This document shows, in pieces, positions 26,075-38,560 of a DNA stretch of 64,000 nt; the first letter of the stretch is position 1, and every line of letters begins with the position of its first letter. Source of the stretch: Marsupella aquatica (taxonomy: Eukaryota > Plantae > Marchantiophyta); the NCBI GenBank assembly GCA_973895155.1, contig OZ316894.1:23992709-24056708 (forward strand), in the 5' to 3' direction. The notes under the pieces were generated by a model. It was not told the DNA's origin, made no database searches, and saw only the letters and a list, made by a program, of their open reading frames with translations. A program made the position numbers and the translations under genes.

Positions 26075-26392
26075 AAACACTAGCAACAATGGCGCGCTCG
26101 GCACAGATCTAGAAGGATGCTGCGATTGACGTTTGACTTGTACCATCGCAATGAAAGTTTGTTGATGGGGAGAGGAGCGCAGGTGTCGTAAATTGGTGAA
26201 GTTGGAATGTTGAAGGAGAGAAGCGTGAATCTGAAACACTAGCAACAATGGCGCGCTAGGCACAGATCTAGAAGGATGCTGCGATTGACGTTTGACTTGT
26301 ACCATCGCAATGAAAGTTTGTTGATGGGGAGAGGAGCGCAGGTGTCGTAAATTGGTGAAGTTGGAATGTTGAAGGAGAGAAGCGTGAATCTG
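26075..26392. repeat. 159-bp near-perfect tandem duplication upstream of the J-protein gene
   Basis: AAACACTAGCAACAATGGCGCG...GAAGCGTGAATCTG occurs at 26075 and 26234. A shorter ~57-bp duplication lies just upstream (~25953-26066). Confidence 0.92.
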
Positions 26393-26816
26393 TGAAGTGG
26401 GGTGCCGATGAAGTGGGAAGCGCAGGTGTTGTAAATTAGTGAATATATTGGGGTTGTTGATGGGGAGTGAAGTCCAGGTGTTGTAAGTTAGTGAAGTGGG
26501 TTGGTTGACGAGGCAGGTGTTGTAAACGACTGAAGTGGGTTTTCGGCAGATCAAGGCTAGGCCAAGACCGGTTATTCCGACATAACTAAACGGTTGGTGC
26601 AGACATGGAGAACAATCAAGCAAGCTGAGATGAGTTAAGGAAGGGATGATTGAACGAGTTGGAGGATCGATCAACTGTGTCCAGGGAATTGGACAGGTTG
26701 ATGCAGGAGACGGACGATGTGAAGTATGAAGCGGGGCTTCTTCTGAGACCAAGGAGAGAAATCGCTACTGCATATAGAACGAATAGAAGCAACAGACGAG
26801 GCTGAAAATTTGATTG

Positions 26817-28002
26817 ATGGCTGCGGGAATCTCCCTGGTTGATGTGGTACGACTTGCAACTGTGAGTCCACTGTCTTTGAGCGAGAGGAGAAGAATTGTG
26901 TCGCATGGAAGAAGATTTGATATCTGTGGATTGCCAATAAGGGAAAGGAGGCGAAGAGGGAGTACTGTATGCGCTTACAACGAGGGTTGCAATACAGAAG
27001 CTGTGGATGAGAAGCTTTCTGGTGTCACTCTGTATGAGCTGCTCGGGATCTCTCGACAAGTTGGCATCACGGAAATCAAGAGCGCTTACAGGTAGATATC
27101 CTCCCCTACCGCCATCAAATGTAGCTTGGGACAAACAGTGCCCTCGTGAAATTTTAGTAGTAATCCTAAATGGAGTTTAAGATGTACAACATGGCAAAAG
27201 ATTAACAATCACCATTGGAGGATAGGAACCGCTTTGCCCACCGCACCGCTGGCAAATTGGATAAACAAGATTACTCTGTTTTCCGAGCTTCAGGGCAAGA
27301 TTTCCATCGATCAATCGATCGGTCGGCTAGATTAAAATAGTTTGAAATGAAGAATTTGAACCTGTACGCGATTGCAAAAATTCAGCGTGAAGATATGTCC
27401 CTCTCCCACACATCAGATCTCATTTCTGATGTCTAAGATTGATTAAACTATCAATCGATCAGTGGGTTTGATCACAATATTAATTCTCGGACACAGGATT
27501 TGAACGTGTGAGCGATTGCGAAAGATCAAGGCAATGAGTCTGACGAGTTATTGATGGTGTTCATGACCGTCTTGCGTTGCCTTCATGTAGGGAGAAGGCG
27601 CGGCGCTATCATCCGGATGTGAATCCTCCTTCCGAGAGAGACGAATGCACGAAGAAGTTTTTGCAGGTGCAAGAGGCTTATGAGGTTCTAGCAGACCCTG
27701 ACTTGAGAGCAGACTACGACTACCGATTGCGGCACCCGCTGTCGATGCATGCTTTGACTTCTGGATTGCACAAGGGTAGGAACGGCCGGAGTCGCAGTTG
27801 GAGTAGCCCAGCAGGGGATGATGATGAGGAGGCTGTAAACAAGCAGGCATGGAGAGCCAAATGGGAGGCTCAGGTCGAAGGGTTGAAGACAGACCTTGGA
27901 CGAAAAAAGCCAGGCTCTTGGGCTGCTATGATGCAGCAGAAACGTCACGAAGAGGCTGTTCGACGAGAAGCAGAACCACAAGTACAGAAAGACACAGCAT
28001 AG
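26817..28002 (+). CDS. Small J-domain (DnaJ type III) chaperone, probably plastid-targeted
   Basis: Exons 26817-27091 and 27591-28002 (GT-AG) give TLYELLGI...EIKSAYREKARRYHPD...FLQVQEAYEVLADPDLRADYD with an HPD motif. It has an R/S-rich N-terminus and a C-terminal W..Q...L..SWAA motif. Confidence 0.92.
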
Positions 28003-28058
28003 TGTGCAATAAGACTGCCTGTGTCCCATCGTCTGATCCCACCTGATCTCTTTTCGTC

Positions 28059-28106
28059 TCTTTTCTTTTCTTTTCTTTTCTTTTCTTTTCTTTTCTTTTC
28101 TTTTCT
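28059..28106. repeat. (CTTTT)n microsatellite in the 3' region of the J-protein gene
   Basis: About 9 CTTTT units. Confidence 0.9.
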
Positions 28107-28867
28107 TCTGATGACACTTCTTAACTTCGTGATCTGCCTTGTCAACCTGTTGAATGGCATCATATTGGCCATGGAAGGATAGCTAGTGCCGAGCGTGCGG
28201 AATAAAGTCATACCTGTCAGCGATCTTATCTGAACTGAAGCGAACTTCCATCTTGGAGGATTTCCTGGTGGATCCCAGCTCTTACTCTGAGGATTCTAAA
28301 GCGAGGTTTTTAACATTATTAATGCAGCTCGATCTTTTGCCAAAGGAGTAGATTTACGATTGATTGTGAGATCTCAATTTTGTGGTTCTCCCCAAAGGTT
28401 CTGGAGGAGGTGACGATTTTGGCTCCTGCCCACAATCATCGACGTGGAGAGGAAAATTTGTGTAACTTACTAACTTACGTAGCTAGCCACTGGGCAGCTA
28501 CCGTTAATATACCCATGCAAGTAGACAAATAGACATGCTTCGGGCAATCAGAGAGGAAAATGTCATTGGAGGGAGGAGGCTTTCATGTTGTCTTCCTAAA
28601 TATCATACCAAGTTGGAGTAGTCCCAATGTCGGGGGATTTTTTGCAAACATCTCAGTGTAGTAGATCAGTCCTTTTTTCCATCTCCGAAATTGATTGATC
28701 CAATCGACAGTGATTCTCGTCAACGGTAATTGCTTTAGCTGCTAGAAGAAATGACTCTTTGTGTTCTAGCTCCTGGAAGAAATACACTGTTGGGAGTTTT
28801 TGGATTTGAATGGAGATCGTAGAACAGTCCGACGATCAGTGCTTCATAGGATGGAATTTCCTCCCTG

Positions 28868-28979
28868 CTTTCACAATGAGTACAGCATTGTTCTCACTAC
28901 TGGTAAGTGTATGCTTCTGATCCTTTCACAATGAGTACAGCATTGTTCTCACTACTGGTTAGTGTATGCTTCTGATCCT
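28868..28979. repeat. 55-bp tandem duplication
   Basis: CTTTCACAATGAGTACAGCATTG...CTTCTGATC occurs at 28868 and 28923. Confidence 0.85.
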
Positions 28980-29381
28980 GACAAATGAAACTGATTGTTG
29001 TTAAGGCAACACCCCAACAAACACCAACCCAGGGGCGAAAACCACCAGGGAAGGGCCACCCTAGCCAAAACAAACGGACAACTAGAAAACCAAACTAATC
29101 GGGCCAGGTAGTCCAAAGCATCCACCATACTTTGGCTTCAACCGGATCCCTGCTCATGGGGCATCTGTACTTACTACTATGCAAACAAAGCAAAAGAAGT
29201 CGGGAGTGAGGCTCGTCACGGCGTGCATCCAAGGGAATGAACTTCTTTAAGGTCTTATTTCTTCTTCTTGTTCCCCTTTCAAAATGTTTCACCTTTTTTA
29301 AGGTCTTATTTCTTCTTCTAATTCCCCTTTCAAAATGTTTCACCCTAAATGACACTGACTACCACGGCAAAAGAAGGTGCA

Positions 29382-29384
<3 letters not shown>

Positions 29385-29431
<47 letters not shown>
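29385..29431. repeat. (GA)n microsatellite
   Basis: About 23 GA units. Confidence 0.95.
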
Positions 29432-29433
<2 letters not shown>

Positions 29434-29910
29434 CCTACATTGTAAATTTCCAATGCCTTAACATGTGCATCAACCAAATCAGTCACATGGATGAAATCGG
29501 TAAATTTCCGATGCCTTAACATTTGCATCAACCAAATCAGTCACATGGATGAAATCGGTAAATTTCCAATGCCTTAACATGTGCATCAACCAAATCAGTC
29601 ACATGGATGAAATCCGGTATATATGTTCCATCCTTAGTATCATAATAGTCCCCTCTTATCTGCAGAAAACTCAGTAAAATGTAAGGGTAGATTAGTCAAA
29701 CAGCTAAAACATATGCAACTAAAACAGGATCTACATTGGTAGCTATTGTAAGAAATAATTATAAGGGAAATTTCCTAAAACAACTTCTTTGTTCAGAAAT
29801 CTGCATCTAAAAATATAGCACTAAACAGCTAAAACATATGCAACTAAAACAGGATCCTTAGCCCAGGCAGCTTGCCTTGCAGCATCAAAGCAGACACATT
29901 TGGAAAATTG
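29430..29910 (-). pseudogene. UDP-arabinose/UDP-glucose 4-epimerase (MUR4-like) gene fragment
   Basis: The minus strand gives CFDAA-GKLPGLR (~29855-29900, frameshifted). After a CAG acceptor (~29660) it reads [34 protein letters not shown]...NVGT. The [16 protein letters not shown] segment is triplicated in 58-bp units. Confidence 0.75.
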
Positions 29911-29912
29911 TA

Positions 29913-30927
29913 CAGTGAACAGTGTCTAAGTGCACACTTCTGGGAAGACACCACCAGCCAGCACTTATCCACCTATTGTACTCTACTATTAAGTGCATGG
30001 GATGTCATTTATGCACTTCTTCATATGTACATTGTCTGCACGATCTAGCAAGTGCTTGATAAGTCACTCAAGCACTTCCTCTTTGTGTTGTTGGGTGACA
30101 CACATTGATAACCTCATCCCTGAGCCCTCGTATGGCACATTTCCCCTTGATAAGTGCATGAAAAGTACATTATGTTATTTGCTGCACTTATCAATCAATG
30201 CTACTTATTATGCATTGCACTAACTCATAAATGCATGCGTACACTTATACAAAAAAGTGCACTTGTGTATTCGCTTTTAGTGCCAATACTGTCATTTAGT
30301 GAGAACAACCTGCACTTAACAAATTGCATTTGTTGTTGGTTTACAAAGAAAATCCTTGGAATATTTAGGGACAAGATGGGTGCCTTGCACTAATCCATGG
30401 AATGCACTTATCCACATTGCACTTTTACACAGTTCACTGTATAAATGATAGCCCATGCACTTTTACACAGTTCATTGTATAAATGATAGCCAATGGACTT
30501 AAAACAAGAACGTAGCGCAAATGATAGCCCATGCACTTAGAACATTGCATAGTGCAAATGATAGCCCATGCATTTAGAAAATGGCATAATGCAAACGATC
30601 GCCCATGCACTTAGAACATTGCATCATGCAAATGACAGCCCTTCCACTTAGAACACAAATGATATCCCATGCACTTAGAACATTGCATCATGCAAATGAC
30701 AGCCCTTCCACTTAGAACACAAATGATATCCCATGCACTTAGAACATGGCATAGTGCAAATGATAGCCCATGCACTTAGAAAATGGCATGGTGCAAATGA
30801 CAGCCCATGCACTTAGAAAATGGCATAGTGCAAATGATAGCCCATGCACTTAGAACATGACATAGCACACTGCATTTCAGTGGCCGTGGGTGTCTCCCAG
30901 GAGCATGCACTTCTCCACTGTTGACTG
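29913..30927. mobile_element. Non-autonomous Tc1/mariner-pogo-like element with an internal tandem array
   Basis: Ends are TA|CAGTGAACAGTG... and ...CACTGTTGACTG|TA, with ~50-bp imperfect TIRs. An internal array of ~37-bp units AAATGATAGCCCATGCACTTAGAACATTGCATAGTGC lies at ~30400-30865. Confidence 0.72.
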
Positions 30928-31918
30928 TACTGTGCAGATGGTAGAGCTGCAGCCTTCCTTGCTCACCAACGAATGACGATGTGGGCCTTGCTCACCAACG
31001 AATGACGATGTGGGCCAGTTCAAGAACTTCACCAAACGAAGCGCATCTCAGAATTATGCTGGTTGGCGAGAGGAAAAGCACCTGAATCGCTCTTCCCTAC
31101 TTACACCGTATCACAATTGTATGAGTGGGTCACAGCAGTGGTGAAGCCGTGAAGGTTACACACAGTGCAGTGTTTTGGATGCCGCAGAGGAATAGTCGCG
31201 TTCCTTAGACGGAAATGCTGGAGCCAGAGATGTGAGTTCCCTGCCTGCTTGCGCTCTCCTTAAACAATGCTGCATACATCAACCTGAATGTGGATGACGG
31301 AGAAAGGAATTTGAGGAAGTTACAGGCTTTCGGTCGATCTCGGCCAGCTGGGCCACAATCGCTTCTTTTGATCGTTTGCAGCTCTTCTGCTTCTTCCTTC
31401 GCCGCTATTCCCGAACCATTCTGAAGTATCGTCTGGAACTGAAATAGGCACGCACCTGAGGCGGAGGATAATAATTAGGGTTGAGAAATTATGTGCATGA
31501 GTATGGTTCACTGTACATCGTCGTGGCAGCTTCCCAATTCCTTTTCCCGTTTATCAGGGAGGTGCGTGCATTGTCAAGTTGGCACATTTTTGCGAAGTCA
31601 TCTCGAGATTACGTTTTTCAGTTCATACTTGCAGCACGATGGGAACACGGAATTCAAAACCAAGTTCACCGTCGTCATTACAGAGAAGCGTTCACGATTA
31701 CATGAATGCAGCACTAGATTGTACCGCAAAATTATTGAATCTTGAGAATCCGCACTAATATATGCAAAATTGTGCCGTATCACAGTTTGGGTTGATTTCT
31801 TACGACGTGGGTCGTCTTCGGATCCTGCAATAGGCCTGGTTGTGCTGGAAGCGATCGGCTGTTGGTTGTCGCCAGTAGCATCGAGCGACAAGTTTCGAAG
31901 ATTAGGGAGAACGTCAGT

Positions 31919-34900
31919 ATGGCTCGTCCTCTTGCTGGGTCGACCAAAGAAGATCCCCGTGTTCTCAGCATTCAATCGCACACTGTACAGGTTTGTACAA
32001 ATGGTTCTCCAAATCACTTTTCTCTAAGACTTTGGAACCCCCCGGATGATTTCGGGCGCCTGTCAAATTTGATGATTTTCAACCTTCTCTCAATCAATAA
32101 TGTACGTATTTGTGTATTCGTTTCTTTTTCTTAAATTATAATGAAACGACTTGGATTTGTGTGTTGCCCTGGCAGTTATGATATCAGAAATTCTGCATTT
32201 AAAGTTGAGTGCTTATATTTCGATATCATGTATTAGTGATTTTGATTGGGTCAAAATTATATCATAGATAAGTCAACTGACGAATTGTTTCAGGGTTACG
32301 TAGGAAACAAAGCTGCAGTCTTTCCTTTGCAGCTATTGGGTTTTGACGTTGATCCAATCAACTCCGTGCACTTCTCAAACCACACAGGTGACTAGTCCCA
32401 TTTACGTTGCTGCATAATTGTCCAAAATGATAAAATGTAGCTGATTATTCAGCTATTGTTCTGAGATTCCCAAACCAAGGGCCTCTCGTGAATATTCAGG
32501 GCAGACTTAATTGGCTTCCGCATGCTGTGGCCTGCCCATCTAGATCTCTCAGAGGGGCACTGCAGTTCGGAATTTATTTGGGAGCATGAGTGCAAAATAA
32601 AATTCCAAGGCGTTTGAGATATGCTGGTTGAAATATCATGGTTAAATCCTTAAGATGAAACTCCCGGCTACCTGGAAGCCTTGGCTACCGTATTGGTCAG
32701 GGTTGGATGTCTCTCAAACAGCTGGTGACGTCATTGCAGGGTACCCAAAAATTCGTGGACAAGTGTTGAATGGGGAGCAGTTATGGGACTTGATAGAGGG
32801 CTTGGAAGCTAACGAACTTCTCTACTACACTCACCTTTTGACAGGTGAATTAGGGATATTCTCTTGTTCGCTTTCATCCGTTTCATTGGCGTAAATCAGC
32901 CTAACAGACGCTTGGTTTCAACTGGAAAATGGACAACGTTTGCTTCACGTGAGAGCATGAAGGATTGAGGAAAACATGCTAGTCCAATCTTCACCATTGG
33001 CGTGATAGTGAATTCTTGTTGACTTCGTCTGCCCTTGCAGGATATATCGGTTCTATCTCGTTTCTTGAGATGATCGTCCAAGTGGTGGAGAAGCTCCGGT
33101 CCGTAAATCCGAATCTTATTTATGGTAACACTTCAAGTAGAGTCGGCCTCGTCTTCATTCTCGACCGCTTCCTATTTTCTGGATGTTTTACTTCGTATGT
33201 CTATTGAACCGATTTGATGTGTATCTTTATTTAAAATCTGGTGCCCAAATATGAGGCTTTTGGTCCTGTGCAGTCCCCTACTCAGACCGCAGGAAGTTGA
33301 GTCTTTCTTAATGAATGATGCTACCCGTTTCAGTTGTCGAGCATGGTCTTAGGGAACGAAAGATATGCAGAGAGATTTTCAGGTAGAAAGAAAGTTAGGA
33401 GGTTGAGTTTTTGTTAGTAGAATAAGTACCCTCCTCTCTTATTAAGTTGCGTGATGCGGAACAAGGTGGACCGTAAATCCAACCCATAGCCTTTGCAGGA
33501 CTGTGAGCCCCCTCACATTTCTTCTGTTGTTATCAGTATGTGATCCTGTAATGGGCGATGAAGGGAAGCTTTACGTTCCACCAGAACTCGTCCCTGCATA
33601 TCGTGAGAAGGTAAACTTGTGTATCTCATCGAATCAGCACTGTGGCATCAATCTTATTAACATCTATTACATTGGTAGTACGACTGGAACAAAGATCCAA
33701 CACTAGAGCAGCAATGTGATTAAGCCCAGCATTAGGATCTCTTAGCACATAGATTGAGGATTTCATTTCATGGCTAAGTGTTGCTTTAAAATCTGCTCAT
33801 GACTCATAATGTTTTTGCCATGAATATGAAATCATTTAGGTCATTCCATTGGCATCCTTCATCACTCCCAATCAGTTTGAAGCGGAACTCTTAACTGGCT
33901 GTAGGTAAGAATCGTTTCCCTGATAGTGATACTGTGACGGCTGATTTTGTTGATTGGTAGATCTAGTGTAAATCATCTACGTGTTACTTGCGTATAGTCT
34001 CACCTTGACATGTCTTGCAGTCTAATACATTGAGGCAGAGGGATTGAGGGTTGTCAGACAGTGACGAGAAAGTCGTAGTGATTTTTTTTTCTATTGTTCA
34101 TCCCATGCACGCTCTTGCAGAATTCAAACTGAGGCAGAGGCCCTGAAGGGGATCGATGTCCTTCATGCTGCAGGCCCCTCCAAGGTATTACATGGTACAA
34201 TGAACTAGTATATTACATGCGCTGGCCCAACAGTGAAGAAACTGAAGACTAAACAACTAGGTGCAGTCAATTCTATCGTTCTACCGGAAGTGTAGAATAT
34301 GAAACATAATTCTCGATCTGTTATGATTACGCTGGAAGTCCCAAGTCTACTTTTTTGTTGCACACGAGCATGCTACTAATCATCGACATCTCGTCGTTTC
34401 CTCCATCCTGCCAGAGTTGTGTTTTACCTTACCGAGATCCGATTTTACAGGTTGTTATCACAAGTTTAGATGTCGATCATAAGCTGCTAGTGGTGGGTAG
34501 CAACCGACTAGAAAAGGTATTGTCTTCCACGCATGTAAAGGACATTTCGTTTGGAGCCATCCTGGTTTCATCCCTTGTTCGTTTTCTGGGGGCAGTTGCA
34601 ATGCGTTGAATTCAAATTGCATTGCTGACTGTATACTTGAACTGAGGCAGGGAGAGCTACAGCAATTCAAGATTACAATGGAGAAGATTCCTGCCTACTT
34701 CACGGTACTATTCGGATGCAGGCCCATTGCCGTTCTTGTTTAAGAGTTCAATGCACCAGGGGGCCTTTGCGACGGTGTTTCAATAGGGAGGGCGATGCAA
34801 GCATGGCCCAATGAAGTAGTTTTTCACTAAAGTTTCACGGTTATAATTTTCTTTTGTTCGTTTCCTTTTCGACAGGGCACTGGAGATCTTATGTCTGCTC

Positions 34901-35554
34901 TGCTGTTGGGTTGGAGTTATGTAAGTTTTCGATTTTATTCTCAAAGTTCCAGAAGTGTCTCCTCGATCATTGCTCCAAATTCGGATCAGATAACTGTCTT
35001 GCAAAACAAATGTTTGCGTTTCACTCGGGAGATCCTGTCCATGTTCTGGTGGTGGCGGGGTTTGGGAGTCTAGTAAGATTGTTTTTGTCAGAGTCGTCCT
35101 AAATTTAAGTGTATTCTTGGCACCCTCGTGCTTTTACATCAAAATTTTAAGCTTTGTGATGTTCTTTGCGTTGGAATGTTTCAGAAATATCCAGATGACC
35201 TTGCCAAAGCAGCAGAGCTTGCAGTGGCTAGTCTCCAGGTGAGAATAAACTATCCCACTCTACCTCCTGCTTCTGGCATCTGGTAAACTTTCTGGCTGTA
35301 TCGAGAATGTAGGTCCAGTACAACGTTTGTTGTTTCTAATTTCTAGGAATATAGGACATGTTTACGATTTGTGCTTACCAGTTCTCGATTGAACATGACC
35401 TTTTGAGCAGGGTGTGCTGAAGCGTACAGTAGGAGACTACGAACGAGTTGGAGTTGCTGCCAATATGAATCAACTGGAGCTGCGCCTAATACAGAGCCAA
35501 TCTGAAATCAAGTCACCTCAGATAACACTATTCGCTGAAAAAATTCAGTTTTGA
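31919..35554 (+). CDS. SOS4: Pyridoxal kinase (vitamin B6 salvage), 12 exons; the 5' end may extend upstream
   Basis: Exons 31919-31990, 32294-32387, 32740-32844, 33041-33124, 33537-33610, 33840-33904, 34121-34184, 34451-34516, 34651-34704, 34876-34920, 35185-35238 and 35411-35554. Motifs: [69 protein letters not shown]. Confidence 0.96.
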
Positions 35555-36855
35555 GCATCAGATGATCATAGTGTAGCCCCAACTTTCCATGAGTTCCAGA
35601 CCTTTCAATTCTTTGGTGACCTCCTAAATTTGGTCACCGTTTTGACTCTGGGGATTCCAATGTAGTATATACGATAGCTGAGAAGAGGGAGAGCGTTGAC
35701 AAGGTGGATATCTCAGACTCATTTGTCTGGACTAGTCTGATCTTAGGTTCTCTGTAAAGAACTCGCTCCTACTTAGGGGACATTCCCCTCACTGTTAAGG
35801 TAACACAACTGCATAACTTGTAGGATTCATCTCTTCTTTGATACCCAGCAATGCAAAGAGAAAGCTCTTGTAGAGTTTTTGAGGCTTAGTATTTAAGAGC
35901 AACGCTGTCAAATCATTATGTACCAATGTTAATCAGGTTCATCTGTGATAGTTCCACTCGGAATATTACTTTTTGCTGGCAACTGGGAGGATATGACTAA
36001 TTAGTTACATCAAGCATAGTTCAAGTGCAATTGTGAATTCCAATTAAGCAGGTTGGGTCTCTTTAAGTCTCCTCGCATAAGGGGGAACGCTTTGGAACCA
36101 TCCGGGCTTTGGCGGATAATTGAACAAGAAGTCTCCTTCAGTTGGATAATTTGCCAATTTACTGTCTTTCTTACCAACATAGACCACAGGCGACTCCCCC
36201 TCAGTCGAGCATAGGCGACTAATCACGTTCCTCGTCAAACGGTCAAAGTGTCTCACCCTACGAACGAGGCCGTCAAAGAAACAAAATTGATCATTGTTTC
36301 AAATTAAATAGTCCATAGTTTCAAGACGAATTATTCTCACTGAAAAAATAAAGGATCTGACATCTCGTTGCTAGTACGAAGAATATTTGATTCGGTCTTA
36401 GATGTCGGCACTGATAATTTCTAGTCTATACATCTGCTCAACAGTAACGTGAAAAGTTGAAACACGTTGGAAAATATACAAGCAATGACCGAGCAATTGT
36501 TTTGCTTTAAATGGGTATTTTATGAACCGATATATTCAGAGGAGCACATGGAAGACCAAGCAATTCTCTGCATATGGCGTACAGCTTGACAGATCCATTC
36601 GTAGAACGACCGTCACCTACCCTCCGTCCGTGGGACATCACTTTCAATCACCTAAAAGAGACAAGGAGAGCTTTGACCAGCTCTTCTCCCTAAATCCCCT
36701 TGGATTCATCTTTGGAGCCCATCATTTTCAAAGGACCACCTCGTTCGTTCACATCCTTCACATCTACTTTAGTCTCCTGCACGCCGGGCTCGGGATCCAG
36801 AGGTAGGCAAAGAGGTGGAAATGGGAATTATGGTTCGGGGTGAGCTAGTAGTGGA

Positions 36856-37802
36856 ATGGCCTCAAGGAGGTTACACGATCGAAAAGATTCGAAGGATTGG
36901 GAAGAGATCGTCGAAACTGTCCGTTTTGGGAGAAATGTTCTTCTGACTAAAACTAAATTGAATTCGTATCAACACTAAAGTTGGTAGATCTATGAACTAT
37001 TTTATATAACTGGTGGGACAAATTTCAAATACTTCCTTGATATAGCTGGTTTCTATGATCATATTCATTTTCCAGTATTATGTCCCGTCTGTGCTGTATG
37101 TTGATCCGTTAGGCTCCTAAAACGGACTCTTTCTAACTGATCTAATCCTGGTGAGGAGTTTCCTAAATTCAGGCCAGGATTAGGTCATTTAGAAAATTTA
37201 CTTATGGCCAGGATTCAGGCCAGCTTCTCATTCGCCGACAGGATCTTTGTGCAGAAGGCTTTTATTCTGATGAGTCGTGGTTGTTGTCATTCATATCAGC
37301 TATACGCCGGAAACAAAGATTGGAAGGTGAGGTCCATCAGATGCTTGTGACGCAAGTTCTGCAGCATCATCCAAGTTGTGCGGCAAAGGTTGGATGCGGG
37401 GTGGACTACTTCAAGGTAATTTGACTGAAAGGTTGTGAATTTGATTAAAGTGTCTATGTCCCGTCTTTCTTTCCCTGAAAATGTCCCGTCTTTCGTTTGA
37501 ATTCAGGAGACTGCTTTCAAGGCAACCAGTGACGTCGACGGACCGAAAGAAATCTGCCAATGACCGTATAATCTGCCAATGTAATTGATTTTTATTCTTG
37601 TTGGCGATGTCACTTGAAACAGGTCGCGCTTTATAAGACATCAAGGCCAAGTGACAGGCCGACAAAGCGCTTTTTACTGGTGCGCACCGATGGCACTGAG
37701 GATGATTTTTCCTACCATAAGTGCCTCAAGACGTTAGCATCAAAGAAGACTCCACCTCTTGAAGACTTATATGTGACTGCATTCATTTCAAGGAAACCGT
37801 AA
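36856..37802 (+). CDS. DUF3223 / DCL-family protein, possibly a frameshifted pseudogene
   Basis: Exon 37300-37415 gives RLEGEVHQMLVTQVLQHHPSCAAKVGCGVDYFK. Exon 37623-37802 gives RFLLVRTDGTEDDFSYHKCLKTL, the DUF3223 signature. The putative first exon 36856-36965 is uncertain and does not join in frame. Confidence 0.7.
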
Positions 37803-38411
37803 CTGAGTTGCCGACGGCTGCGTCAATTCAAGAGAGCAGGAATTCTTTTGATCCTCATACAGGAGAAATGGCATGTGCCTTGTAGATTTCGAAACTTCCT
37901 TGTTTAGCTCGGGGTGTATATAGCTGTGGCAGAGACCCAGGACCTCATATTTGTTGTCCTTCCCAATTTTGAGCACCGGATCCATTTGTGGTACTTGGTG
38001 CAAATTAAATGTCGTATAGCAGAGGTGTTTACACCAATTTTGACCTGGTTTAAGGTTCCTGAAAATTGTGCGCATTGAGCATGAACTGTCAAATGATGTT
38101 TGTGCCGGGGTTTGTGCTATCAAATGAAATTTGTTCTCGTCCAAGGTTCATCGATGTGTCTGGTCACGTTTGTCAGAGTTCCTTGAGGTCCTTTCATTGA
38201 CTCAGGACTGAATCATATGGGTACACTTAACTAGAGTGGGAGCTCCGACTACTTGTCAGATACAAATTATGAATATATCATGAACAACTAGAGGACGTCA
38301 GATTTCCTTGAGGTCTTTTCATTGACTCTAGGACGGACAGCAATTGACTCGGGACAGGGAGAGACGGGGAGGCAATGTGTGCGAGCAGGGGAAAGGTGTA
38401 GAACAGGCGTC

Positions 38412-38560
38412 CCAGTAATTGCACATCAAATTTCTGTTTAATCACGGAGCGTTACTGAATCCAGTAATTGCACATCAAATTTCTGTTTAATCACTGAGTG
38501 TTACTCAATGTACATCGAATATCGCCTTTCTGTTTAATCACTGAGTGTTACTCATTGTAC
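38412..38560. repeat. ~49-bp degenerate tandem repeat
   Basis: CCAGTAATTGCACATCAAATTTCTGTTTAATCAC.GAG.GTTACT occurs twice, plus a partial third copy. Confidence 0.75.

Noticed and set aside
26045-26752. 235-aa minus-strand ORF with a 53-aa internal repeat
   Set aside because: It has a non-ATG start and no recognisable domain. The repeat simply reflects the 159-bp DNA duplication.
30400-30865. Regular ~37-bp repeats resembling a CRISPR array
   Set aside because: The units are head-to-tail without unique spacers, lie inside a TIR element in eukaryotic DNA, and no cas genes are present.
36966-37299. U12-type intron suggested by the GTATC donor
   Set aside because: The donor is GTATCAAC, not GTATCCTT, and there is no TCCTTAAC branch site before the acceptor.
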